NCBI GenBank assembly: GCA_044227805.1
Contig: JBGAWA010000002.1
Span: 16,654 to 80,653 of the forward strand
DNA: 64,000 nucleotides
Direction: 5' to 3'
Source: Chitinophagales bacterium
GTDB lineage: Bacteria > Bacteroidota > Bacteroidia > Chitinophagales > UBA10324
The notes below the pieces were generated by a model. The model was not told the origin of the DNA, did no database searches, and saw nothing but the letters and a program-made list of their open reading frames with translations. Made by a program: the position numbers and the translations under genes. Within the stretch, counting starts at the first letter, position 1; each line of letters opens with the position of its first letter. Below, piece by piece: positions 42,283 to 50,823 of the stretch.

Positions 42283-43365
42283 ATGAAAACAACTCTCTTA
42301 ACCGATACACATATTAAACTGGGCGCGAAGATGGCCGAGTTTGCAGGTTATAATATGCCCATCTCCTATGCCGGCATCAATACCGAGCATCAATGTGTTC
42401 GTGAAAATGTAGGGGTGTTTGATGTTTCTCACATGGGCGAGTTTGTAATCAAAGGATCACGTGCCCTGGAGCTGATACAACTGGTCACCTCCAACGATGC
42501 ATCAAAGCTTAAGATTGGCGATGTACAGTATTCCTGCCTTCCCAATGATCAAGGTGGTATCGTGGACGATTTGTTGGTTTATCACCTGCAGGAAAATTCC
42601 TACATGCTGGTGGTGAATGCCTCCAATATTGATAAAGACTGGAACTGGATCTTGAAGCACAACACATTTGATGTGGAGATGAATAACATCAGTGACCGTG
42701 CGGGATTGCTGGCCGTGCAGGGACCGAATGCGATAAAGGTGTTGCAAAAACTTACGGCAACTAACCTGGCTGAGATCCCTTATTATAAATTTGCGCGCGG
42801 TGTTTTTGGCGGAGTAAAAAATGTGTTGATGTCGAACACCGGCTATACGGGTGCCGGCGGCTTTGAAATTTATTTTGACACCGCTGATGCGGGAGATCTG
42901 TGGTATAAAATATTTGAAGCGGGCAAAGAGTTTGGTATTCAGCCCATCGGACTGGGCGCAAGAGATACCTTACGGCTTGAAATGGGTTTTTGCCTGTACG
43001 GCAACGACATTGACGATACCACTTCCCCGATCGAAGCCGGGCTCGGCTGGATCACCAAGTTCACCAAAGATTTTGTTGCCAGGGATATAATTGAAGCACA
43101 AAAAAAGAATGGCGTATCCCGCAAACTGGTCGGATTTGAAATGGTTGATAAAGGCATTGCGCGCCATGGTCACAACATTGTCGATGACAATGGCAATGTG
43201 ATAGGTACTGTAACAAGCGGAACGCAATCACTGACCTTGCAAAAAGCGATCGGAATGGGATATGTGCCTTCAGCACTGGCTGCTGAGGGAAGCACCATTT
43301 ATGTTTCCATCCGCGACAGGCAGTTGAAAGCCAGGGTGGTCAAGATGCCTTTTTTGAAAAAGTAA
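42283..43365 (+). CDS. gcvT: Glycine cleavage system aminomethyltransferase (T protein)
   Basis: [39 protein letters not shown] and [11 protein letters not shown] motifs. Start moved to the ATG at 42283. Confidence 0.95.
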   Translation: MKTTLLTDTHIKLGAKMAEFAGYNMPISYAGINTEHQCVRENVGVFDVSHMGEFVIKGSRALELIQLVTSNDASKLKIGDVQYSCLPNDQGGIVDDLLVYHLQENSYMLVVNASNIDKDWNWILKHNTFDVEMNNISDRAGLLAVQGPNAIKVLQKLTATNLAEIPYYKFARGVFGGVKNVLMSNTGYTGAGGFEIYFDTADAGDLWYKIFEAGKEFGIQPIGLGARDTLRLEMGFCLYGNDIDDTTSPIEAGLGWITKFTKDFVARDIIEAQKKNGVSRKLVGFEMVDKGIARHGHNIVDDNGNVIGTVTSGTQSLTLQKAIGMGYVPSALAAEGSTIYVSIRDRQLKARVVKMPFLKK

Positions 43366-43707
43366 CCCGGAGCACCGTATTTCCGCTGCTGGCAGCCTGC
43401 ATCCTTCCTATGTGACGCACCTGAAATAGTTCAGCCGCTTTACCAGGTTTTGAGACTGATAAACATGTTCTGAGGTAATGCCAATGATGTATAAGCGTTA
43501 CCATTAGTCGCCGATTACTTTCCATGCAAGTCAGCAGGGCCAGCTGCAGGTACCACATTTAGCCGGACAGGATTTGAAGGATCTGTGTTTTCATCATATA
43601 CGCTGTTGATCACTGCTGAATGCACAGCATTTTAATCAAAAATGCTGCGTATATAAAATGCCGGATAAAAAAATCTGGCTACCTTTCCTGAAATTAAACA
43701 GCAGCTT

Positions 43708-44475
43708 TTGCCTGATAAATCAACCCTTGAAGTTTGCCTTACACCTGGCCTGTTACCACTGTATCCTATCAACGGAAAAGTAGTGGTGGTGATAGATGTG
43801 TTGCGGGCTACCACCACTATGTGCGTGGCTTTGGATCAGGGCGCCGAAAAAGTTATTCCTGTTGAAACAATTGATGAATGCCTGAGTTACAAAGGAAGGG
43901 AAGGTTACATCCTGGCCGGTGAGCGCAATGGCCGAAAAGTAGAAGGATTTCATTTTGGGAATTCGCCCTTTGAGTTTATGAATGGCGTAGTGAAGGGCAA
44001 GATACTGGTGCTGACAACGACCAATGGAACGCGGGCCATCAAGATGACGGAATCGTCTCACCAGGTGGTGATTGGCGGATTCCTGAATTTTTCCGCACTG
44101 GCTAAATGGCTGATCAGTGAAGGGAAGGACACGCTGTTGCTGTGCTCAGGCTGGCGTGATAAGTTTAACCTCGAAGACACGGTGTTTGCCGGCGCCTTGA
44201 TTCATCATATCAAAGAATTTTTCCTGGTGGATTCCGATTCCGCCTTTGCCGCGGAAAAGTTGTACCTGAATTCAAGGAGAAACATGTTTCATTTCATGAA
44301 ACAATCTTCACATTACCGGCGTCTCGCACACCTCGGTGTCATTAACGATATTAAGTATTGCCTGCGTCCCGATTTAACCGACGTGGTGCCGGTACTGAAA
44401 AATGGGGAACTTGTACGCGCCGATTTCCGAAAGGATATGGAAGGAGAATTTTTTTCACTGAATGACCTGGATTGA
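43708..44475 (+). CDS. 2-phosphosulfolactate phosphatase (ComB) family protein
   Basis: VVVIDVLRATTTM and TTTNGTRA motifs resemble the ComB family. TTG start as given by the ORF track. Confidence 0.7.
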   Translation: MPDKSTLEVCLTPGLLPLYPINGKVVVVIDVLRATTTMCVALDQGAEKVIPVETIDECLSYKGREGYILAGERNGRKVEGFHFGNSPFEFMNGVVKGKILVLTTTNGTRAIKMTESSHQVVIGGFLNFSALAKWLISEGKDTLLLCSGWRDKFNLEDTVFAGALIHHIKEFFLVDSDSAFAAEKLYLNSRRNMFHFMKQSSHYRRLAHLGVINDIKYCLRPDLTDVVPVLKNGELVRADFRKDMEGEFFSLNDLD

Positions 44476-44543
44476 AAATTTACCGATACGATTTGAAAAC
44501 TGTAACCTATTTATTCAATTGCAACTAAACAGATTTTCGTTGA

Positions 44544-44924
44544 GTGAATAAACTTGTTCTTCTTGTCGGCCTGGGCGGCTTCATCGGTACAGTGGCACGT
44601 TTTCTCTCACAGCAACTCGTGTATAAGATGTATCCTGTCGTTTTCCCATACGGAACTTTCTCTGTTAACATGGCCGGTTGCTTCCTCATCGGCGTTTTCT
44701 ATGCGGTCTTTGAAAAATACAATGTGCTCTCCCCTGAGTGGCGGTTGTTTCTCACCACAGGATTCTGCGGCGGTTTTACCACATTCTCTGCCTTTACTTA
44801 TGAGGGAGTGCAAATGATTGAGAACAAAGATTACTTCTACCTGGTATTGTATTCGTCCATCAGCATAGTGGCAGGAATAGCGGCCACTTATTTTGGAATA
44901 TGGCTGACAAAAACAATTGCCTGA
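44544..44924 (+). CDS. crcB: Fluoride ion channel CrcB/FluC
   Basis: GGFIGTVARF...GTFSVNMAGCFLIG...GFCGGFTTFSAF is the CrcB signature. GTG start. Confidence 0.9.
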   Translation: MNKLVLLVGLGGFIGTVARFLSQQLVYKMYPVVFPYGTFSVNMAGCFLIGVFYAVFEKYNVLSPEWRLFLTTGFCGGFTTFSAFTYEGVQMIENKDYFYLVLYSSISIVAGIAATYFGIWLTKTIA

Positions 44925-45051
44925 GATTTACTCCTGCACCTGTTTTTGCTTAGCACCGAAAAAGCAGGTTCATCATCTGCGCGATATGCGAAGGATGATT
45001 TCCGCTGCATTTTTTGATAGTTGTCTTCCTTCCTTTTGCAGGATATTGTTT

Positions 45052-45211
45052 GAACCCGGATTTTTCAGTAGAAAAATCCCGCTTCGCTACGAATTAGCAC
45101 TGCTAAGGGGTTGCTCATTTTTTCAAGAAAAGAAAATGTTTCGCAAACCCTAAGCAGTGCTGTGTCGGGGTTAAACCCCATGCGTTTTTGAAATGCAAAA
45201 TGTGGGTTGAA
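45052..45211 (+). repeat. Structured ~160-bp intergenic repeat, full copy (sub-family II), forward orientation, directly upstream of nuoA
   Basis: gaacccggatttttcagtagaaaaatcccgcttcgctacgaattagcactgctaagg...caaaccctaagcagtgctgtgtcggggttaaaccccatgcgtttttgaaatgcaaaatgtgggttgaa. Ends 34 nt before the nuoA ATG. Confidence 0.9.
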
Positions 45212-45244
45212 CACACTATATTCGTCCAACACAAAATTAATCAC

Positions 45245-45595
45245 ATGGGTGCTTCATCACTGATTGTTCTTATCTGCGCTGCGGTGGCTTTTTCCGCAGG
45301 TGGCATGGCTGTGGCGAAGCTGCTCGTAAGAGGAAGCAGAAATCCAGCTAAGGGACAAGCCTATGAATGCGGCATCCCTTCGAAAGGAACACCCTGGGAT
45401 CAGTTTAATGTGGGCTATTATCTCTTCGCCCTCATCTTTTTAATTTTTGATGTGGAACTGATCTTTATGTATCCTTGGGCGGTGGTGGTGAAGCAGGTCG
45501 GATGGCCGGCCATGGTGGAGATCATCATTTTTTTGTTCATCCTGTTCCTCGGATTTCTTTATGCACATAAAAAGGGAGCATTGAAATGGATGTAA
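45245..45595 (+). CDS. nuoA: NADH-quinone oxidoreductase subunit A
   Basis: YECGI...FDVELIFMYPWA is the NuoA signature. The track start at 45188 lies inside the repeat, so the start was moved to the ATG at 45245. Confidence 0.9.
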   Translation: MGASSLIVLICAAVAFSAGGMAVAKLLVRGSRNPAKGQAYECGIPSKGTPWDQFNVGYYLFALIFLIFDVELIFMYPWAVVVKQVGWPAMVEIIIFLFILFLGFLYAHKKGALKWM

Positions 45596-45673
45596 TGGAA
45601 TTGATTAAAATAAATGCTTGCCGGCAAAAACTTTAACAATCAACAGTTTAACTTTCAAACACTCAGCTAACAC

Positions 45674-46213
45674 TTGGAAGAAATCGTCCCATTGACAGAG
45701 AAAAAATCGTTTCCCGGGCAGATTCACGAAACGCCGGGAGGTGGTATTGCGCTGAGCACGCTGGATGAGGTGATCAACTGGGCACGATCGAATTCGTTGT
45801 GGCCACTCACTTTTGCCACCAGTTGCTGCGGCATCGAAATGATGTCGGTGGCCGGGGCGAAATATGATTTCTCCCGGTTTGGTTTTGAAGTGGCACGCGC
45901 CACACCACGACAAGCTGATGTGATCATTATTGCCGGCACCATCGTGAACAAGATGGCGCCTGTACTCAAAAGATTATATGATCAGATGGCAGAACCCAAA
46001 TACGTGATTGCCATGGGTGCCTGCGCTATCAGCGGCGGACCGTTTTTTTATAACACGTATTCCGTCGTGAAAGGGGCTGACCATGTGATTCCGGTGGATG
46101 TTTACGTCGCCGGCTGCCCGCCACGACCTGAAGCATTGCTCAACGCCCTCATTACATTGCAGGAGAAAATCAGAAGCGGCGCCACAAGAGAACAGATCAG
46201 GAGCGGCAGTTAA
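45674..46213 (+). CDS. nuoB: NADH-quinone oxidoreductase subunit B
   Basis: WPLTFATSCCGIEMM...GACAISGG...GCPPRPEAL carries the N2 cluster Cys ligands. The TTG start is uncertain. Confidence 0.9.
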   Translation: MEEIVPLTEKKSFPGQIHETPGGGIALSTLDEVINWARSNSLWPLTFATSCCGIEMMSVAGAKYDFSRFGFEVARATPRQADVIIIAGTIVNKMAPVLKRLYDQMAEPKYVIAMGACAISGGPFFYNTYSVVKGADHVIPVDVYVAGCPPRPEALLNALITLQEKIRSGATREQIRSGS

Positions 46214-46279
46214 GATTTGAAAGCACAACAACCTGTACCGGCCTGTGCATAGCAGGCCATAAAATGCGAGGTAAAAAAA

Positions 46280-46735
46280 TTGACCAACGAAGAATTAAAG
46301 GCCAAAATCAGCTCGTTGTTACCTTCCGCCACTTTTGAAGAAGGTGGTGAATGGTTGACCGTGTTGATCGGCCCGCTGGATTGGAAGATGCTGTCAGCAC
46401 TTCTTCGCCAGGATGAATCACTGAAGTGCGACTACTTGTTTTGCCTCACCTGTATTGACTGGAAATCACATTTGACAGTGGTATATCATCTTACTTCCAC
46501 CACGTATCGTCACCATGTAGTGGTGAAAGCAAAACTGGATCGCGGCAAGCCGGAGATCGAAACTGTGAGCGACACCTGGCGCACGGCAGAATTTCATGAG
46601 CGGGAAGTATTTGAATTGTTCGGTGTGGTTTTTCTGAATCATCCTGATCTGAGGCGATTGATTCTTACGGATGACTTTGAAGGATTCCCCTTGCGCAAAG
46701 ATTTTGAGGATCCTGTGAACATGATAAAACTATAG
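46280..46735 (+). CDS. nuoC: NADH-quinone oxidoreductase subunit C
   Basis: TAEFHEREVFELFGVVFLNHPDLRRLIL...FEGFPLRKDF is the NuoC signature. TTG start. Confidence 0.9.
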   Translation: MTNEELKAKISSLLPSATFEEGGEWLTVLIGPLDWKMLSALLRQDESLKCDYLFCLTCIDWKSHLTVVYHLTSTTYRHHVVVKAKLDRGKPEIETVSDTWRTAEFHEREVFELFGVVFLNHPDLRRLILTDDFEGFPLRKDFEDPVNMIKL

Positions 46736-46804
46736 CCGGAAATTTGGGAAAGGCCACGCCGCCGTGCAACAGGTTCAGCCATCCCGCTCCATAAACAAAC
46801 AACA

Positions 46805-47920
46805 ATGATTGAAGAAGTAGGCACCACCCAAGAAGGCGATCTGATCATCAATATCGGGCCGCAACATCCTTCCACCCATGGTGTGCTTCATCTTGTTGTT
46901 ACGCTGCGAGGTGAAACCATCCTTAAGGTGGAGCCGCACCTCGGCTATATCCACCGCTCGATTGAAAAGATGTGCGAGTCACTCACTTACCGGCAGTTCA
47001 TTTATGTAACGAGCCGGATGGATTATCTCTCCGCACACATCAACAATCACGGTTGTGCTTTATGTGTGGAGAAAGGAATGCAAATTGAAATTCCACCGCG
47101 TGCGCAGGTTATAAGGGTGCTGATGGATGAGCTTACGCGAATTGCTTCACATGAGTTGTGGTGGGGTGCGATGTCGATGGATCTTGGCGCGTTCACCCCG
47201 TTCTTTCATGCTTTCCGCGAACGCGAAACAATCAACGACATCATGGAAGAGACCTGTGGCGCCCGTTTGACGATGAATTATATGGTGCCTGGCGGTGTGA
47301 TGTATGATCTGCATCCCAACTTCGTGAAACGGGTGAAGGAGTTCCTGAAACTTTACAAATTGAAAATCGGTGAATATGATGACCTGATCACCGGCAATGT
47401 TATTTTTCAAAACAGGATGAAAAAGGTTGGCATACTGTCAAAAGATGATGCGATATCCTATGGATGTTCCGGTCCGGTGGCGAGAGGCAGTGGCGTGAAG
47501 TGCGACATCCGGAAACTTTATCCTTATGAAGTGTATGACAAACTGCAATTCGATGAGGTGCTTGAACAGGAAGGTGATTCTTTTTCAAGATACCTGGTAC
47601 GGCTGGGGGAGATGAATCAGTCCATCCGTATTATTGAACAACTCATCGACAATATTCCGGAAGGAGAGTTCCAGGCCAAAACAAAAGCCGTTTTAAAATT
47701 ACCGAAAGGAGAGTTCTATACAAGAGTGGAAACCGCGCGTGGTGAGTTGGGTGTTTATATTGTGAGCGAAGGAGGAACCACACCCTACCGCATCAAGTTC
47801 CGCTCACCCGGGTTCTCTAATCTTTCCGCGCTGGACCACATGGTGAGGGGCAGCAAGATTGGAGACCTGGTAGCTACCATGGGAACATTGGACCTTGTAA
47901 TTCCGGATATTGACAGATGA
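46805..47920 (+). CDS. nuoD: NADH-quinone oxidoreductase subunit D
   Basis: NIGPQHPSTHGVLHL, LGYIHRSIEK and FRSPGFSNL...DIDR are NuoD signatures. Confidence 0.95.
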   Translation: MIEEVGTTQEGDLIINIGPQHPSTHGVLHLVVTLRGETILKVEPHLGYIHRSIEKMCESLTYRQFIYVTSRMDYLSAHINNHGCALCVEKGMQIEIPPRAQVIRVLMDELTRIASHELWWGAMSMDLGAFTPFFHAFRERETINDIMEETCGARLTMNYMVPGGVMYDLHPNFVKRVKEFLKLYKLKIGEYDDLITGNVIFQNRMKKVGILSKDDAISYGCSGPVARGSGVKCDIRKLYPYEVYDKLQFDEVLEQEGDSFSRYLVRLGEMNQSIRIIEQLIDNIPEGEFQAKTKAVLKLPKGEFYTRVETARGELGVYIVSEGGTTPYRIKFRSPGFSNLSALDHMVRGSKIGDLVATMGTLDLVIPDIDR

Positions 47921-47972
47921 TGAAGTACCGTAGTTGCACGATACATGAAAGTTAAACAACGAATAAAGAAAG

Positions 47973-49049
47973 ATGCTGAGTCTTGAGGGAATTACCATCT
48001 GGGTGAATAACTGGCTGAATGCAACATTCAATCCTGCCGTCGCATTATTGATTCAGTTTTTGATAGTTGGTTTACTGGCGATCATATTGTTTGCCATACT
48101 GGGATTGGTTTTGGTTTTTATGGAAAGAAAAGTTTCCGCCTTCATGCAGATCCGGTTAGGCCCGAACCGTGTTGGCCCGCAGGGAATTTTTCAGACATTG
48201 GCCGATACCCTGAAACTGGTGATGAAAGAAGGCCTGACTCCTGATGGCGCCGACAAATTTCTCTTTAATCTTGCTCCGTACGTAGTCATGATCGTTGCGA
48301 TGCTGATTCTGGCGCCGATCGCCTTTGCCAAAGGATTTCAGATGTGGGACATCAATATCGGTGTACTGTATATTTCCGCCGTTTCATCCATTTCCGTTAT
48401 CGGTATTTTAATGGCAGGCTGGGCAAGCAACAACAAATATTCGCTGCTGGGCGCCATGCGCAGCGGTGCGCAGATTGTGAGTTATGAATTGTCGGCAGGT
48501 CTTGCCATTCTGTCTGTGGTGATTCTCTCCGGCAGCCTGAGCATTTCCGATATCATCGCCTCACAGCAAAACGGGTGGTGGATTTTTAAAGGACACATTC
48601 CTGCCGTCATCTCCTTCGTGATTTTTATGATAGCGGTTACTGCCGAAACGAACAGGGCACCTTTTGATCTTGCGGAAGCCGAGTCGGAACTTACCGCAGG
48701 TTTCCACACGGAATATTCGGGAATGAAGTTCGCTTTGTTTTTCCTGGCAGAGTATGTCAATATCTTCATCGTATGTGGTATTGGCGCAACACTTTTTTTC
48801 GGGGGCTGGATGCCTTTTCATATTGGACACTGGGACGCTTTTAATCATATCATGGATTACATTCCGTCATCCGTTTGGTTTTTTGGCAAAACATTTTTTC
48901 TCATTTTCCTGATCATGTGGTTCCGGTGGACTTTTCCGCGGCTGCGTATCGATCAGTTGCTGAACCTCGAATGGAAATACCTCCTCCCTATTTCCATGTT
49001 CAATTTATTACTGATGACCTTCATCGCCATCATGGGTTGGTATTTCTAG
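47973..49049 (+). CDS. nuoH: NADH-quinone oxidoreductase subunit H
   Basis: ERKVSAFMQIRLGPNRVGP, AETNRAPFDLAEAESEL and GFHTEYSGMKFALFFLAEY are NuoH signatures. Confidence 0.95.
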   Translation: MLSLEGITIWVNNWLNATFNPAVALLIQFLIVGLLAIILFAILGLVLVFMERKVSAFMQIRLGPNRVGPQGIFQTLADTLKLVMKEGLTPDGADKFLFNLAPYVVMIVAMLILAPIAFAKGFQMWDINIGVLYISAVSSISVIGILMAGWASNNKYSLLGAMRSGAQIVSYELSAGLAILSVVILSGSLSISDIIASQQNGWWIFKGHIPAVISFVIFMIAVTAETNRAPFDLAEAESELTAGFHTEYSGMKFALFFLAEYVNIFIVCGIGATLFFGGWMPFHIGHWDAFNHIMDYIPSSVWFFGKTFFLIFLIMWFRWTFPRLRIDQLLNLEWKYLLPISMFNLLLMTFIAIMGWYF

Positions 49050-49055
49050 ATTAGT

Positions 49056-49157
49056 TTCAACCCGTAGTTTTCTATTGAACCTGCGTTTGGCAGTTCAAAA
49101 CAGCAGCTCTACACGGTGGTGAAGCGGGATTTCTCCATTGAAAAAATCCTGATTGAA
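49056..49157 (-). repeat. Internally deleted copy of the repeat (tail plus module A, central long stem missing) inside the nuoH-nuoI spacer
   Basis: ttcaacccgtagttttc/tgaacctgcgtttggcagttcaaaa (tail, partly duplicated) joins directly to gaagcgggatttctccattgaaaaaatcctgattgaaaatg (module A). Confidence 0.75.
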
Positions 49158-49220
49158 AATGGCAGCTTGATTGTGTTGACGTGCCATTAAGCAGTCGATC
49201 ATTTTTTTTCAGTGAAGGAA

Positions 49221-49250
49221 CCTGCTGTAAACTGCAAAATGCAGGGGTAT
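49221..49250 (+). repeat. Solo tail-module fragment, forward orientation, in the nuoH-nuoI spacer
   Basis: CCTGCtgtaAACTGCAAAATGCAGGggtat has a 5-bp stem CCTGC/GCAGG around the AACTGCAAAAT core. It is inverted relative to the tail at 49056-49100. Confidence 0.6.
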
Positions 49251-49356
49251 ACAATTCTATGATGTGAATATTATCCTTTCTGACTCGAAGGGTAAAATAT
49301 CGGTTGAATAATTGAATTCACTGAAATAACCGCGCAAGTTTCACTAAAATTGCTCT

Positions 49357-49830
49357 GTGTTTCTGATCAACTACATAAAGGAAGTTTTCCATACCATTCA
49401 ATCTCTTCTCACCGGTATGCGTATGACCGGTTACTATTTTTTCCATCCGCGAAAGGAAATCATCACGCAGCTTTACCCTGAAGCGCCGCCACAATTACCG
49501 GAACGGTTCAAAGGAGAAGTGGTGCTGACGCATGATGAGCAGAATGAACATGCCTGCACAGGTTGCACAGCCTGTGAACTGGCATGCCCGAACGGAACCA
49601 TTAAGATCATCACCAAATTTGAAGTGGGCGCTGATGGCAAAAAGAAAAAGGCACTCGACACTTTTGTTTATCACCTTGAATTGTGTACGATGTGTAATTT
49701 GTGCATTGTAGCCTGTCCGACCGATGCCATTAAAATGGCACAGACCTTTGAGCACAGTGTTTATGACAGGAACCAACTCATCAAAAAGCTGAATCAGCCC
49801 GGATCAAAAATCAGGGCGGGAATCGAGTAA
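49357..49830 (+). CDS. nuoI: NADH-quinone oxidoreductase subunit I
   Basis: Two 4Fe-4S ferredoxin motifs (CTGCTACELACP and CTMCNLCIVACP). GTG start. Confidence 0.9.
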   Translation: MFLINYIKEVFHTIQSLLTGMRMTGYYFFHPRKEIITQLYPEAPPQLPERFKGEVVLTHDEQNEHACTGCTACELACPNGTIKIITKFEVGADGKKKKALDTFVYHLELCTMCNLCIVACPTDAIKMAQTFEHSVYDRNQLIKKLNQPGSKIRAGIE

Positions 49831-49835
49831 TTATC

Positions 49836-50372
49836 ATGACGGCATCACAAATCATATTTTACCTCATTGCTGCTTTTATCCTCGGCTGCGGACTGCTGGC
49901 AGTTACCACACATAAAGTTTTTCGTGCCGCCATCTGGCTTCTTTTTTCTTTGATTGGGATAGCGGCCCTCTATTTCTGGATGGAAGTGGAGTTTATTGCG
50001 GCGGTGCAGATCATCGTGTATGTCGGAGGCATTGTAGTACTTATCATCTTTTCCATTTTTCTTACACAACATGCCGGCGGTGAGATGCGCAAGCCAACGC
50101 TTATGCGAACGATCGCTTCGGCCTGCGCGGCTTTGTCAGGCTTTGCATTAACGTATTTGCTGATTGAACAATACGGATTCCGGGAAACCGGTAAAAGTTT
50201 TGACTGGAATATGGGAATGATCGGTACGCAAATGCTGGGTACGGGCAGCAATGGCTTCGCTTTACCGTTTGAAGTAGTGAGCCTGTTGTTACTGGCGGCA
50301 ATGGTGGGATGCATAGTGATAGCCATAAAAAGCAAACGCAAGACAGATCAGCAGGAACCCACGGCATCGTAG
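49836..50372 (+). CDS. nuoJ: NADH-quinone oxidoreductase subunit J
   Basis: Five TM segments, operon position, VQIIVYVGGIVVL motif. Confidence 0.85.
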   Translation: MTASQIIFYLIAAFILGCGLLAVTTHKVFRAAIWLLFSLIGIAALYFWMEVEFIAAVQIIVYVGGIVVLIIFSIFLTQHAGGEMRKPTLMRTIASACAALSGFALTYLLIEQYGFRETGKSFDWNMGMIGTQMLGTGSNGFALPFEVVSLLLLAAMVGCIVIAIKSKRKTDQQEPTAS

Positions 50373-50428
50373 TACAGGCAAGTTAAATTCATAGACATCA
50401 ATTATTTAAACACGGATAACCCGCTATC

Positions 50429-50749
50429 ATGAGCCTCAGTGAAGTACCCTTAGAGCATATTTTATTTGTGAGCACCGCCTTGTTTTTTATAGGTGTTTAC
50501 GGGTTTTTAACCCGTCGCAACATGATTACCATGCTGATGTCGATTGAGCTGATCCTGAACAGCGTGAACATAAATTTCATCACCTTCAATAAATACCTCT
50601 ACCCGGAAAAGATGGATGGAGTTTTCTTCACTGTCTTCATTGTTGCCATTGCCGCGGCGGAAGCTGCCGTTGCCATCGCCATCATCATTAATCTTTACAG
50701 GAGCCATCAATCCATTGATGTGGAAGATGCTTCAGAGATGAAGTTTTAA
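50429..50749 (+). CDS. nuoK: NADH-quinone oxidoreductase subunit K
   Basis: MLMSIELILNSVNINF...VAIAAAEAAVAIAII is the NuoK signature. Confidence 0.9.
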   Translation: MSLSEVPLEHILFVSTALFFIGVYGFLTRRNMITMLMSIELILNSVNINFITFNKYLYPEKMDGVFFTVFIVAIAAAEAAVAIAIIINLYRSHQSIDVEDASEMKF

Positions 50750-50823
50750 ATCAGTTAATTGTCTGAGCGCTTCGGGACGTTCGCTGTTGCGTTTTTAACC
50801 CGAAGACTCAAATCCGAAAAGCA

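Noticed and set aside
44476-44543. Fluoride riboswitch (crcB motif) upstream of crcB
   Set aside because: The 68-nt spacer is AT-rich. It lacks the conserved GGCGATGG...CCGCC...CTGATGATGCC-type cores and pseudoknot partners that I expect for the crcB RNA motif.
45188-45244. N-terminal extension of nuoA in the ORF track (MKCKMWVEHTIFVQHKINH...)
   Set aside because: The extension lies inside the repeat tail (aaatgcaaaatgtgggttgaac). The conserved NuoA sequence starts at the ATG at 45245. For similar reasons (signal peptide or conserved N-terminus beginning at an internal ATG) I trimmed the track starts at 1249, 3307, 5326, 9942, 18483, 18722, 21718, 25575, 37777, 40720, 41616, 42250, 54371 and 57133.
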